Shown: piece after piece, positions 52,767 to 64,000 of the stretch
Position numbering within the stretch: the stretch's first letter is position 1
Layout: each line of letters starts with the position of its first letter
From: Eledone cirrhosa
Taxonomy: Eukaryota
Length of the DNA: 64,000 bases
Reading direction: 5' to 3'
NCBI GenBank assembly: GCA_964016885.1
Contig: OZ024740.1
Location: 66,340,001-66,404,000 of the forward strand
Program-made: the position numbers and the translations under genes
Notes under the pieces: model-generated
What the model saw: only the letters and a program-made list of their open reading frames with translations
What the model was told of the DNA's origin: nothing
The model's database searches: none

Positions 52767-55700
52767 GGCGACCTACGTGGGAAATCGTATTATCGTGAGC
52801 TCCGCAAAAGTTTGTTTTCCGTTGTTTCAAATTACCAGTTATGGAAAATGTTTGTTGTTAAGTGTTGATAAGTTCACATATATTGTTTTCTGAAAAGGCC
52901 AGAAACAAATATTGGGGCTTTGAGCCCAAACTTAAACTTTTTATTTATCAAACAAAATATTTCTTTGTAAAAAAAACATGGACGACAAATTTACTGTTTT
53001 TAACAGACCAACACCCGCTCCCCCACCACCATCAACACCAACACCATTGTAAGCCTTGCCACGGTTCCCACTGAAAATAGAATTAATAGCAGTCTGAATT
53101 ATTTAGAATTGCCGCATAATGACATGGATTTCCTGCCATTACCAATAACTGCAGGTGTTAAAGCCGCCACCCCACCAACACAATGTCAAAAAGAACAACG
53201 AACACCACTGATACCACCACCACCACCACCACCACCACAACAACGACAACAGAAACCAAACAAATAAATTATTATCTCGTGACATCAAAATAGAATCACC
53301 CAGAATCGACTCTTCAACGCCGAACACCACTGACACCATCACCACCGCCACCACAACTGAAACTAAAAATAACAATAAAAACAACAGTAAAAAACAACAA
53401 TGAGAATAACAAGAAAAACATCAACACCACCGCAAATGTGTCTTTTGCCAAAGCAGCCAAGAAAAGCGAAACAATCGAGGTAACTCAGGATGAATTAAAT
53501 GAAGCCAAGAGAATGGTAAAGAAAGATGGGTACAGGGTCAGTTTCAGCCCCCCACCCCACACACACACTCACACCTAATACCATGGAGCATCGACGCCTA
53601 TGCACCGTGTCTTATCGGACAATTAACCCAAAATCACGCCGAGTGGAACGGGCATCCGAGTCCCAAATCCCAAAAGCTTTGGGACATGCGTGGGCGGAAA
53701 AACACCACATCAGACGTGGTTAGAAATATGGAACCGTGGACGTGTTCTTTGGAACACCACAGGTGGCCAGCGAACACTCCATGGCCCCATTAAGAAATGA
53801 CGACTTCACACTCGTCTCAAGCGATTGTGGCCAGAAACTCGTGAAAATCAGGGTGACCCACGTTCCACCGGCCATCGAAATTCCCTGGCTAATGGCAGCC
53901 GTACTCGACGGCATCGAGGCCAACACCAAGATAATCGAAATAGCAAACGAAAAGCAGGAGAACTGGTCCGGATCTGGGATGGAGCTCCTGATCCAAGTGG
54001 ACCAAAAAAGAATTGAGGAGATCCCAGAGGTAAAAGACATCACCTACGGCAGCCACCTCACCGTATTCGTCGAGGGCAGAAGGCCTAGGTGTGTCGTTTG
54101 TGGTGAAGGAACCCACCTAAGGCATTCTGCCCTCAGGCTAAAAGGTTGAGGCCACCTCTCTTATGAACTCCAGTGACTCAACCATCAACACCACCAGCAG
54201 CAGAAATGGCAGCAACAAATGTAGCAGCAACAACAGAAGCAACTGTAACAGCCACAACCACAGCAACAGTAGCAAAACCAACACCACCACCACCCAACAC
54301 GCCAGCACCAGCACCAGCGTGTGGAGGATATTCCACTCCCCGACCTATCGCAACTGGAGACAGACTGTGACGACGAGGAGTTGGAAACGGTATCAGGAAA
54401 AAATAACCCAAAAAAGAAAAAATTCTCATCCTTCCCCATCCAAAAACAAAATACAGAGGGAAACAAATAAATTATCAAACAAAAAAGTTAGGACATATAT
54501 GCGACCATCCACACCAGCATCACCAACCCCATCACCCACCACAAACACCAACACCATCACCATCATTAACCCCAACACCACCATCACCAACACCACAAAA
54601 GTCACCAAAAGGCGTAACAGAAACAAACCCACAACAAACGCAAACAAAACAAAACAACCAAAACGATACACACTACACAGCATTAAATTTGAATAACAAC
54701 CAATTATTATACTACATGCAACACAACACCAGCATCACAGAAAAAGACTACACAACAACCCAAAAGTTCACACCACCTCAAACATACAAATCACTCGCAT
54801 CACACAGAAAACGTACACGACATTAAAAAAAAATTCCCCAAAGACATCGGAGATTTCCGACAAACACTCTCCAGGAGGATACATAACGACATCCTTCCGG
54901 AGGAGGCCACAAGCAGTGAAAAGGATGGACAAACCGTCCTTTCTCTACGAGAAGAAAGGTAAGTGTTCTTTCATATCTTTTCCACTCCATTTCAAGATGA
55001 CCTCACTCAGAATAGGCAGCATAAATGCGCATGGTTTGGGGTCGTCATGGAAGCAGGGCCACCTGCTCAACGACCTCAGGTCAATAAACATAGATGTAGT
55101 GGCCATCAGCGAGACCAGAATCTCCGAAGCACGGGCTTCGCACCGATCGTCGGCGGCTACGATGTGTACGCATCTTCCAGCCGTCCGGTATCAGTGGGTG
55201 GATTTGCTGTCTTTTCCGGAGAGGTTTGGATCTCGGCATACGGGACATCTTCCTTGACCCAGAGGGTAAGTAGATGGTGCTGGACGTGACCAGCGGAGAA
55301 GGGCAAGCTTTCAGGCTAGTGGCCGTCTATGCCTCGACAGGAGCAGGGCGGCCTGATTTCTTCCGGCGTCTTGAGACCATTCTTGGAACGTCCCGCTCTT
55401 TAGTGTTAGTGCGCGACTGGAACGGGATCTTAGATGCACGCTGGGACTGTGTGGAATTAGCGGATAGGGGAGGAGGGTGCAATAGCCTCAGCAACCTGCT
55501 CAGGCGTTTTGAACTGTCTGACAGGTACCGATTGGATTTCCCGAATGTGCCAATGTGGACTTGGACAAATCAAATAGGGTCATCCAGATCATATCTAGAT
55601 AGAGTATTTTGTATGGAAATAGGTAGGTCTAGCATAGGCTGTCCACTATTCAAGATAGTCAGCTACACGGACCACAAATTTGTGATCTGTGTGCTTGTAT

Positions 55701-57195
55701 TAGATAGGCTTCATAAACGAGGACCCGGCTACTGGAAGCTAAACGAGTCCTTACCAGTGCGCAAGGCCTACAGAGACCGGATTAGCGAACTAGTTAAGCG
55801 GGCGTTGACGGGGGACATCGTCAACAACAAGTGGTGGTTTGCTCTGAAAAGAGCGATTAGAATAGAGTCCATTAGGTTTAGTAAGGCTTTAGCTATAGAG
55901 AAAAATAGAGCAGAGGGAGAACTAGTTAGAAAATTAGATGCGGTGCTTAGCAAAGGCTTCGCGACCGACGTACTTGTGGCGAAATTGGCCCTTGACCAAT
56001 TCTTCAATACAAAGAACGAAGGTTGCATTGTCAGAGCTAGCGTGCGTGCTCTCAGGCACGAGGGGTCGAAAGCCGTTCAATGGGTCCGAGCGGGGGAGGC
56101 GCGTATGGCAACAAAGCCATTATCCGGTCTTTGGTGTACCACGACGGGCGCATGCTACTCGATCCCGAGCAAATGTGTGAAGCTTTTCAGCGACACTTCG
56201 CCCAGCTGTTCGGGGGCAGCGGCGGGCCGGATCGAGGGATGGACTTTAGTGTCTACCTCCACGGACTGCCGCAGCTCTCGGCCACTGAGGCGGAGTGTTG
56301 TGAAAAGCCGATAACAGCCGCTGATGCACGGGAGGTAATGACTGAAGGGAACAGCGTCGACTTACTTGGGGAAACTCTAGGCGTCGATGAAAATCAACTA
56401 GCCATCTCTTCGGAAGGACTTTCGCACCGGGGCCCATGGACAATTTCCAGAAATCCCTGGCCTAGCAGTGCTACCGAGGAGCTTTGCTAGTTCGGGATAA
56501 ACTCAACAGGCATGGAGGTGCCGTCAGCCGGGCATGTCTGAGATGCGCGAAGGGCGACGCAACCGTCCTGCACGCATTCGCCCAGTGTCCGAGCATTGCT
56601 GACTTGTGGGTTTATGTCGAACATCTTCTGTAGCGTGTAGGACGGATCCAGCTATCAGCTGAGTCCATCGTGAGGAATGCCCCGCCCTCTTCCTTTTAGC
56701 TGGGAAGGGCAGGCCGTTTTTATATGTCTGGTGGCCATGGCGAAAGAGATAGTATGGTGGACACTTTTGAAAGGGCTGAAGACGAGCACTTACCTCTTCG
56801 GTGATTAACTTTTTCAAATTTCATTTGAAAAAGAAAATCTGGGTAGAAAGGGAAGCGCTCTCTTCCCAGCATTAGGTTGAAGGATGGGTGAGAGAGGCAA
56901 GAATGGCCCGAGTGAATGGGCATACTCTGAGTATGTGTCTGTAAATTAAAGGTCGAAAAATGGGAGAAGGCACTTGCCCAGGTGGTCATGGTCACTGTGG
57001 CTTTTTAATGGGCTTTCTCCACGAATGTCCCTCGGAAGTCTCCCCCGTATTGGTGAATTTTTCATTAATATTTCTTTGTTACATCCTCTGTTTTTGTTGT
57101 TTACACGCAGAAATGCTCATTTGTACCGCCCTGTATTGTCATGCACTGTCCATAATGTCTACTTTCTATAAACCCTTGTGGTTAATAAAGAAAGC
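52767..57195 (+). mobile_element. Tx1/L1-clade LINE, decayed, RT internally deleted
   Basis: ORF1 remnants with CVVCGEGTH and an APE domain (SET, YLDR, YTDH). Departs from the second copy at ~56343 and jumps to the C-terminus. AATAAA 3' end; (ATT)n on both sides. Confidence 0.88.
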
Positions 57196-57233
57196 ATTAT
57201 TATTATTATTACTAGCATTATTATTATTACAGC

Positions 57234-59867
57234 TGCATTTATCTTGCTTTATGTTCATACGAGTTATCACCAAGTCACAACCAGTGACCTCAAGAGACAA
57301 CAAGGTCGGCCATCTTCAAGAAAGAACATACATACTCTCTCATGCATCTTTAGGTGTTTAGACTTGTAATGTACTTATATTGACAGAATCTTCCATGGTA
57401 TATGGGCAGTTCCCATTAGTACTATCTTTTGTATTTCTCCTATACGCAGGTTTCCTGGGATTTGCGATAAGTAAACATTAGACCCCTTAGGTATCATTCC
57501 TAGAGCGCCTACAACCACTGGTATTGTTTTAGTTCTCAATATCCACACTTTTCCAATTTCTATCTCCAGGTCCTTATACTTGCTCAATTTTTCAAATGTT
57601 TTTATAGATACATTCTTGTCTATTGGAACGGACATATCAATTAGCAGGCATACCCTCTTTTTAAAGTCCTTCAATATGATATCAGGTCTATTTGCATCTA
57701 TTTTTCGGTCTGTTTGGATGCTAAAGTTCCACAAGATTGAGATGTGATCTTTTTCAAGTATGGGAGGTGGTTGATGCTCCCACCAAATCTTTTGATGGGG
57801 CAGTTCAAAATGCTTACACATTATCCAATGTATGTATTGTGCAGCTCTGTCATGCCTGTTTGGTATTCGGTTGGAGCTATAGGACTGCACATTGAAATTA
57901 TATGGTCAATGGTCTCTGGTTGTACACGGCATAATGGGTTGCATCCATTTTATATTATGTTGGCTTGTTAATTCTTTGTTGGCAGACACTGATCTTGTGC
58001 TGATATAATCAGTCCTTCAGTCTCCGATTTCAGTCCAGTGGATGCCAACCACTGATGGGTTAAAGTTTTGTCAACATTAGGATTGTTAGGTCGTTCTGGG
58101 TATTTTTCCATACAGAGGCTTTTCTTGCCATTTCTTAGCCAGTTTCTGTAGAAGTTCTTTCTTTGCAGTTACATTTACCTGCTTTGCTTTTTCTGTGTTT
58201 TCCATTTCAGCAGTAAATGGGACTTCTGAAATTTGTAGTCCATTACTGTATCTTTTTGCATCTTTTGTAATGGAGTATGATCTTTTGATGCTTTCGTGTT
58301 TCAAAACAAGTTTGATCATCCAATCATGTGATTCCCTTAGATATCTAGATAATCCAATTGTTGCAGTTTTCAACGCAATGTCTAACTGGATTAACCCACG
58401 TCCTCCTTCTTTCCTAGGGATATATATTCTATCTGTATCTGCCTTAGGGTGATGCATTCTGTGCATGGGTAAGAATTTTCGAATTTTTGTATCGAGCCTA
58501 CAGATCTCTGTGCTTCACCAGTTGATGATATTGTAAATGTAGGTTAATACTGGTATGGCAAGCGTGTTGATGGTATCGATCCTATTCCTTGCATTCAATT
58601 CCGTTCTTAAGATGGCTCTTACTCTGCGGTAATATTCTTTCCTTATCCCTTCCCTCATTGTCGAGTGATTGATTCCGTCTCCTTCACAAACGCCTAGATA
58701 TTTGTAAGTTTCCTCTTGATCAAGTTCTCTTATCACATTCCCCCGATCAAGATTAATGTCTGAACATTTCAGCAGCTTTCCTCTGGTGAACGTTGCTTTG
58801 GCGCATTTATCTAGTCCAAACTCCATTTTAATGTCAACACTGAACTGCTCCACAGTGGATAATAGCCCTTGCAATTGTTCATCATTTTTTGCAAATAGTT
58901 TCAGGTCATCCATGTAGAACAAGTGATTAATGGTTTTGTCATAGACTTTATATCCATGTTTTGTTTCATTGAACATTTTACTTAATGGTATAAGTGCGAT
59001 GCAGAATAAAAGCGGTGATAAAGAGTCACCCTGATAAATTCCACAATTACTATTTACTTCTCCAGCTTCCAGTGATTTTATTTCACTATTCAAAAGGAGT
59101 GTCGTTTTCCATGTCTTCATACTGAATGACAAAAACCTCCTGACAACGGGAGATATTTTGAAAATCTCTAAACATTTCTCAATCCAACTGTGTGGCAAAC
59201 TATAGAATGCTTTTTTATAATCTATCCAAGCAATTGATAGATTTTTGTGTCTATTATGACAATCTTCCAGTATCATTTTGTTAACCAAAAGCTGATCCTT
59301 ACACCCATATGAGCCTCCTTTACACCCTTTCTGCTCAATGGGAAATAGGTCATTTGTTATCAGGTGGTCATATGTATATTCAGTTAGGACTGATGTTAAA
59401 ATGTTATACATTGTGGTCAAGCAAGTTATCGGTATGTAATTTTTGAGATTGTTTGTCTCATCATTCTTCGGAAGCAGGAATGTAATGCCGTTAACTAGCC
59501 ATGATGTTATCTGTTCTGGCTCATTAACTATTTCATTGTAAAGTTGGGCTAACAGCTCATGAGACTCTGAGAAGGCATTTATCCAAAAATGTTGTATTTT
59601 ATCTTTTCCTGGGGATTTCCATTTGCTGGTTTTTCTTAGAGCCAAACTCAACTGTTCAACTGTTATATTTTCCCATATTTGTTCCTCAAGGTGAGCTGTA
59701 TCTTTCATTTGTCTGTCTATCCATGGGGCATATATATTGTGAACTTTTTCTTAGGCCCAGATCTTTTCCCTAAATTCTTGCACTTCCTCCTTGGGTGGTT
59801 TTGATTTAACAGTTATTGTTGACTTACCAATTTTTCTGTAGAAGTTTCTTTGGTTGTTTTTGAACAT
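57234..59867 (-). mobile_element. R4/Dong-clade LINE, 5'-truncated and frameshifted (RT + RLE)
   Basis: ORFs 58515-59708 (GIYQGDSLSPLLF, FYMDDLKLF), 58086-58466 and 57375-57890 (RHD, RPDII). (TTA)n flanks. Confidence 0.93.
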
Positions 59868-59912
59868 ATTATTGTCCTTATTATTATTATTATTGGTAGT
59901 AGTAGTATTATT

Positions 59913-60099
59913 AGGGCGGCGGATTGGCAGTATCGGTCGATGGTCGGACGCCATGCTTTCCAGCATAGTTACGTCCCTTTATGATCTGAGTTCAAATCCC
60001 GCCGAGGTTAACTTTGCCTTTCATCTTTACGGGGTCGATAAAATAAAGTACCAGTAATGCACTGATTTAATTGCTGGCCTTGTGCCTAAAGTAGAAACA

Positions 60100-60133
<34 letters not shown>
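59913..60133 (+). mobile_element. tRNA-derived SINE, full length with (ATT)n tail
   Basis: A box, B box, core and tail. Confidence 0.9.
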
Positions 60134-60958
60134 GTATCGTTTTCCATGTCTTCATACTGAATGACAAAAACCTCCTGACAACGGGAAATATTTTGATTAT
60201 TATTATTATTATTATTATTGGCGACCTACGTAGGAAATCGTATTATCGTGAGCTCCGCAAAGGTTTGTTATTTCCGTTTGTTAAAAAATTGCCATTTATG
60301 GAAAATTTTATTGTAAACTGTTTATAAGCACACATACATTGTTTTCCGAAAAGGACACCCAAAAAGATTGGGGCCTTGTGCCCAAAATTTTAACTTTTAT
60401 TATTATCCAAAAATTTCTTTGAAAAAAAAATGCCTAATTCCCCTCTGCACGAAGCAGCTGAAAGCCTTCCTCACAAAATAACACCTCACACCGACACCAC
60501 CATTGTAAATGTTACTACGTTTGCCAACACAAAAAAAATATAAGCAGTAGCAATATTTTAAATTTGTCTCAGGCAGACATTCATTTCCCGCCATTACCAA
60601 TGACTGCAGGTGTTAAACCCACCACCACTAAAACCACCGCAACAACCACCACCACCACCGCGACAACAGAAACAAAAGAAGAAAAAAATAAATTAACTCG
60701 TGACGTCGAAATGAAATCAAGCAAAATGGACTCTTCCCCACCAAAGACGACTGACGTCACCACCACCACAACTGAAAATAAAATTAATATTAACGATAGC
60801 AACAACAACAACAATGACATTATAAAACCGACCCTCAGTTTCGCCATCGTAGCAAAACAATTCGAAGCGTTCACGGTAACCCAAGAAGATTTAGAAAATG
60901 CCAAACAAATGGTAAAGAAAGATGGGTACAGGGTCAGCCTCACCCCCCACCTAATAAA

Positions 60959-61906
60959 ATGGAGCATCGGCGCCTGTGCACCGTGTCGTATAGAACAATA
61001 AATGTAAAATCGCGCCGAGTGGAACGGGCATCCGAGTCCCTATTCCAAAAAGCTTTGGGACATGTGTGGGCAAGAAAAACCCACATCAGACGTGGGCAAA
61101 AGTATGGAACCGTGGATGTGTTCTTTGAAACACCAGAGGAGGCTAGAGAACACTCCATGGCCCCATTAAAAAGTGACGACCTCACACTCGTCCCAAGCTA
61201 TTGTGGCCAGAGACTCGTAAAGATCAGGGTGACCCACGTTCCACCGGCCATCGAAATTCCCTGGCTAATAGCGGCTGTCCTCACCGGCATCGAAGCCAAC
61301 ACGAAAATAATAGCAGTAGCAAAAGAAAAGCAGGAAAACTGGTCCGGATCTGGGATGGAGCTCCTGATCCAAGCGGACCAAACAAGCATTGAGGAGATCC
61401 CAGAGGTAATAGACCTCACTGACGGCAGCCACCTCACGGTAATTGTCGAGGGCAGAAGACCTAGGTGTGTCGTTTGTGGTGAAGGAACCCACCTAAGGGC
61501 TTTCTGCCCTCAGGCTAAAAGGTTGAGGCCACCTCTCCTACCCACCCCAGTGACAAAACCATCAACACCACCACTAGCAGAGATGGCAGCAACAACAGAA
61601 GCAACTATAACAGCAACAACCCCAGCAACAGTAGCCAAACCAACACCACTACCACCACCAGCAAAACCAACACCACCACCACCCAACGCTTCAGAACTAG
61701 CACCAGCGCCTACACCATCCACCACACCACAACCAAAACTAACGGCTGTGGAGGATTTTCCACTCCCCGGTCTATCACAACTGGAGACAGATTGTGACGA
61801 CGAGGAGTGGGAAACGATATCCGGAAAAAAAAAAGAAACCAAAAAAGAAAAAATTCTCTTCCTTCCCCCTCCAAAAACAAAATACAGAGGGAAACAAATA
61901 AACTAA
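60959..61906 (+). CDS. Tx1-like ORF1 central part with CCHC zinc knuckle (frameshifted on both sides)
   Basis: CVVCGEGTHLRAFC = CX2CX4HX4C, then a Pro/Thr-rich linker. Continues in 60564-61001 and 61807-62391 in other frames. Confidence 0.75.
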   Translation: MEHRRLCTVSYRTINVKSRRVERASESLFQKALGHVWARKTHIRRGQKYGTVDVFFETPEEAREHSMAPLKSDDLTLVPSYCGQRLVKIRVTHVPPAIEIPWLIAAVLTGIEANTKIIAVAKEKQENWSGSGMELLIQADQTSIEEIPEVIDLTDGSHLTVIVEGRRPRCVVCGEGTHLRAFCPQAKRLRPPLLPTPVTKPSTPPLAEMAATTEATITATTPATVAKPTPLPPPAKPTPPPPNASELAPAPTPSTTPQPKLTAVEDFPLPGLSQLETDCDDEEWETISGKKKETKKEKILFLPPPKTKYRGKQIN

Positions 61907-62425
61907 GAAACAAAAAAGTTAGGACAGATATGCCACCATCCACACCAGCATCACCAACCCCATCAACCCAAACACCAACACCATCACCATCATTATCCCC
62001 AGCACCACCATCACCTACACCACAAAAGTCACCAAAATTCGAAACAGAAACAAACCCACAACAAACGCAAACAAAACAAAACAACCAAAACGATACACAC
62101 TACACAGCATTAAATTTGAACAACAAGCAATTATTACACTACATCCAACACAACACCAGCATCACAGAAAAAGACTACACAACAACCCCAAAATTCACAC
62201 CACCTCCACACATACAAATCACTCGCATCACACAGAAAACGTACATGACACTAAAACAAAAATTCCCCAAAGACATCGGAGACTTCCGACAAGCACTCTC
62301 CAGGAGGATTTATAAGGACATCCTTCCTGAGGAGGCCACAAGCAGTGAAAAGGATGGAAAAGCCCTCCTTCCCCTACGAGAAGTAAGGTAAGTGGTCTTT
62401 CCCATCTTTTCCACTCCTTTTCAAC

Positions 62426-64000
62426 ATGACCTCACTCAGAATAGGCAGCATAAATGCGCGTGGCTTGGGGTCGTCATGGAAGCAGGGCCACCTGCTCAAC
62501 GACCTCAGGTCACTAAACATAGATGTAGTGGCCATCAGCGAGACCAGAATCTTCGAAGCACAGGCTTTCGCACCGATCTTCGGCGGCTATGATGTGTACG
62601 CATCTCCCAGCCGTCCGGGATCGGGGGGAGGAGTTGCTGTGCTTTTTCGGAGAGGTTTGGATCTTGCCATACGGGCCATCTTCCTGGACCCAGAAGGTAA
62701 GTTGGTGGTGCTGGACGTGACCAGCGGAGACGGGCAAGCTTTCAGGTTAGTGGCCGTCTATGCCCCGACAGGAGCAGGGCGGCCTGATTTCTTCCGGCGT
62801 CTTGAGACCTTTCTTGGAACGTCCCGCTCTTTAGTGTTAGTGGGCGACTGGAACGGGATCTTAGATGCACGCTGGGATTGTGTGGGATTAGTGGATAAGG
62901 AAGGATGGTGCAAGAGTCTCACCAACCTGCTCAGACGTTTTGAACTGTCTGACAGGTACCGAATGGATTTCCCGAATGTACCAATGTGGACTTGGACAAA
63001 TCGCATAGGGTCATCCAGATCATATCTAGATAGAGTTTTTTGTAGGGAAATAGATAGGTCTAGCATAGGCTGTCCACAATTCAAGATAGTCAGCTACACG
63101 GACCACAAATTCGTGATCTGTGTGCTTGACATAGATAGGCTTCATAGACGAGGACCCGGCTACTGGAAGTTAAACGCGTCTTTACCAGCGCGCAAGGCCT
63201 ACAGAGACCGGATTAGCGAACTAGTTAAGCGGGCGTTGACGGGGGCCATCGTCAACAACAAGTGGTGGTTTGCTCTGAAAAGAGCAATTAGAATAGAGTC
63301 CATTAGGTTTAGTAAGACTTTAGCAATAGAGAAAAATAGAGCAGAGGGAGAATTAGTTAGAAAATTAGATGAGGCGCTTAGCAAAGCCATCGCGACCGAC
63401 GTGCTTGCGGCGAAATTGGCCCTTGAGCAATTCTTCAATGCAAAGCACGAAGGCTGCGTTGTCAGAGCTAGGGTGCGTGCTCTCAGACACGAGGGGACGA
63501 AAGCCGTTCAATGGGCGCGAGTGGCGGAGGCGCGTCGTGGCAACAAAGCCACGATCCGGTCTTTGGTGGACCACGACGGGCGCATGCTACTCGATCCCGG
63601 GCAAATGTGTGAAGCTTTTCAGCGACACTTCGCTCAACTGTTCGGGCGCAGTGGCGGGCCGGATCGAGGGATGGACTTTAGTGTCTACCTCGACGGACTG
63701 CCCCGGCTTTCGGCCACTGAGACGGAGTGTTGCGAAAAGCCGATAACAACCGCTGAAGTACGGGATGCAATGACTAGTTGCACAAGGGGTAAATCGCCTG
63801 GTTTGGATGGTCTGCCCTATGAACTTTACGTACAAATGCAAAACTTGTTCGGAGGCCTCTTGGCGGACGTCTACTGCAACTGGCAACAGAACGGGAGAAT
63901 TCCCAGCTCTGTGAGCCGAGGAGCGGTGGGGCTGCTGAGAAAGGATCCGAACAAGGGGGATAACATAGATAATTTTAGGCCCATAACTCTGCTAAACACA
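62426..64000 (+). CDS. Tx1-like ORF2 (AP endonuclease and start of RT), 3'-partial; absent from the supplied ORF track
   Basis: ATG at 62426: MTSLRIGSINARGL...SET...GGGVAVL...YAP...GDWN...YLDR...YTDH...KSPGLDGLPYELY...NFRPITLLNT. First and last motifs are in the same frame (525 codons). Confidence 0.88.
   Translation, partial: MTSLRIGSINARGLGSSWKQGHLLNDLRSLNIDVVAISETRIFEAQAFAPIFGGYDVYASPSRPGSGGGVAVLFRRGLDLAIRAIFLDPEGKLVVLDVTSGDGQAFRLVAVYAPTGAGRPDFFRRLETFLGTSRSLVLVGDWNGILDARWDCVGLVDKEGWCKSLTNLLRRFELSDRYRMDFPNVPMWTWTNRIGSSRSYLDRVFCREIDRSSIGCPQFKIVSYTDHKFVICVLDIDRLHRRGPGYWKLNASLPARKAYRDRISELVKRALTGAIVNNKWWFALKRAIRIESIRFSKTLAIEKNRAEGELVRKLDEALSKAIATDVLAAKLALEQFFNAKHEGCVVRARVRALRHEGTKAVQWARVAEARRGNKATIRSLVDHDGRMLLDPGQMCEAFQRHFAQLFGRSGGPDRGMDFSVYLDGLPRLSATETECCEKPITTAEVRDAMTSCTRGKSPGLDGLPYELYVQMQNLFGGLLADVYCNWQQNGRIPSSVSRGAVGLLRKDPNKGDNIDNFRPITLLNT

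Larger units (their letters stand above)
60220..64000 (+). mobile_element. Tx1/L1-clade LINE, runs off the window
   Basis: Same 5' end (GGCGACCTACGT) as 52767. ORF1 is split over three frames; ORF2 is open to the window edge. Confidence 0.92.

Noticed and set aside
61807-61906. A-run at the Tx1 ORF1 frame change as a programmed frameshift
   Set aside because: The homologous position in the other copy (~54390) changes frame in a different phase; decay or homopolymer error is more likely.

Overview
AT-rich, microsatellite-dense eukaryotic DNA made almost entirely of transposable elements. The repeat content suggests an octopus/cephalopod genome, but that is inference. No host gene is securely identifiable; there is one weak candidate exon. 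The centrepiece is a young, apparently intact Neptune-type Penelope-like retroelement (PLE, 25771-33706). It has a coiled-coil-like ORF1 and an RT + GIY-YIG ORF2 joined by a candidate programmed -1 frameshift (U_UUU_UUA, the HIV-1-type heptamer). Each pseudo-LTR carries a variant hammerhead ribozyme (HHR), and a 5'-truncated copy sits inverted head-to-head. At least five further HHR families are readable by eye. Two of them are non-coding tandem arrays (~441-bp and ~315-bp units, one HHR per unit) that look like non-autonomous retrozymes. The right end holds a nest of (ATT/TAA)n-associated elements: SINE, Tx1-like LINE, R4/Dong-like LINE, SINE, Tx1-like LINE. The rest is RTE fragments, tRNA-derived SINEs, MITEs and a Helitron-like element. 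Most ORFs in the supplied track are microsatellite artefacts. Boundaries of decayed elements are approximate.
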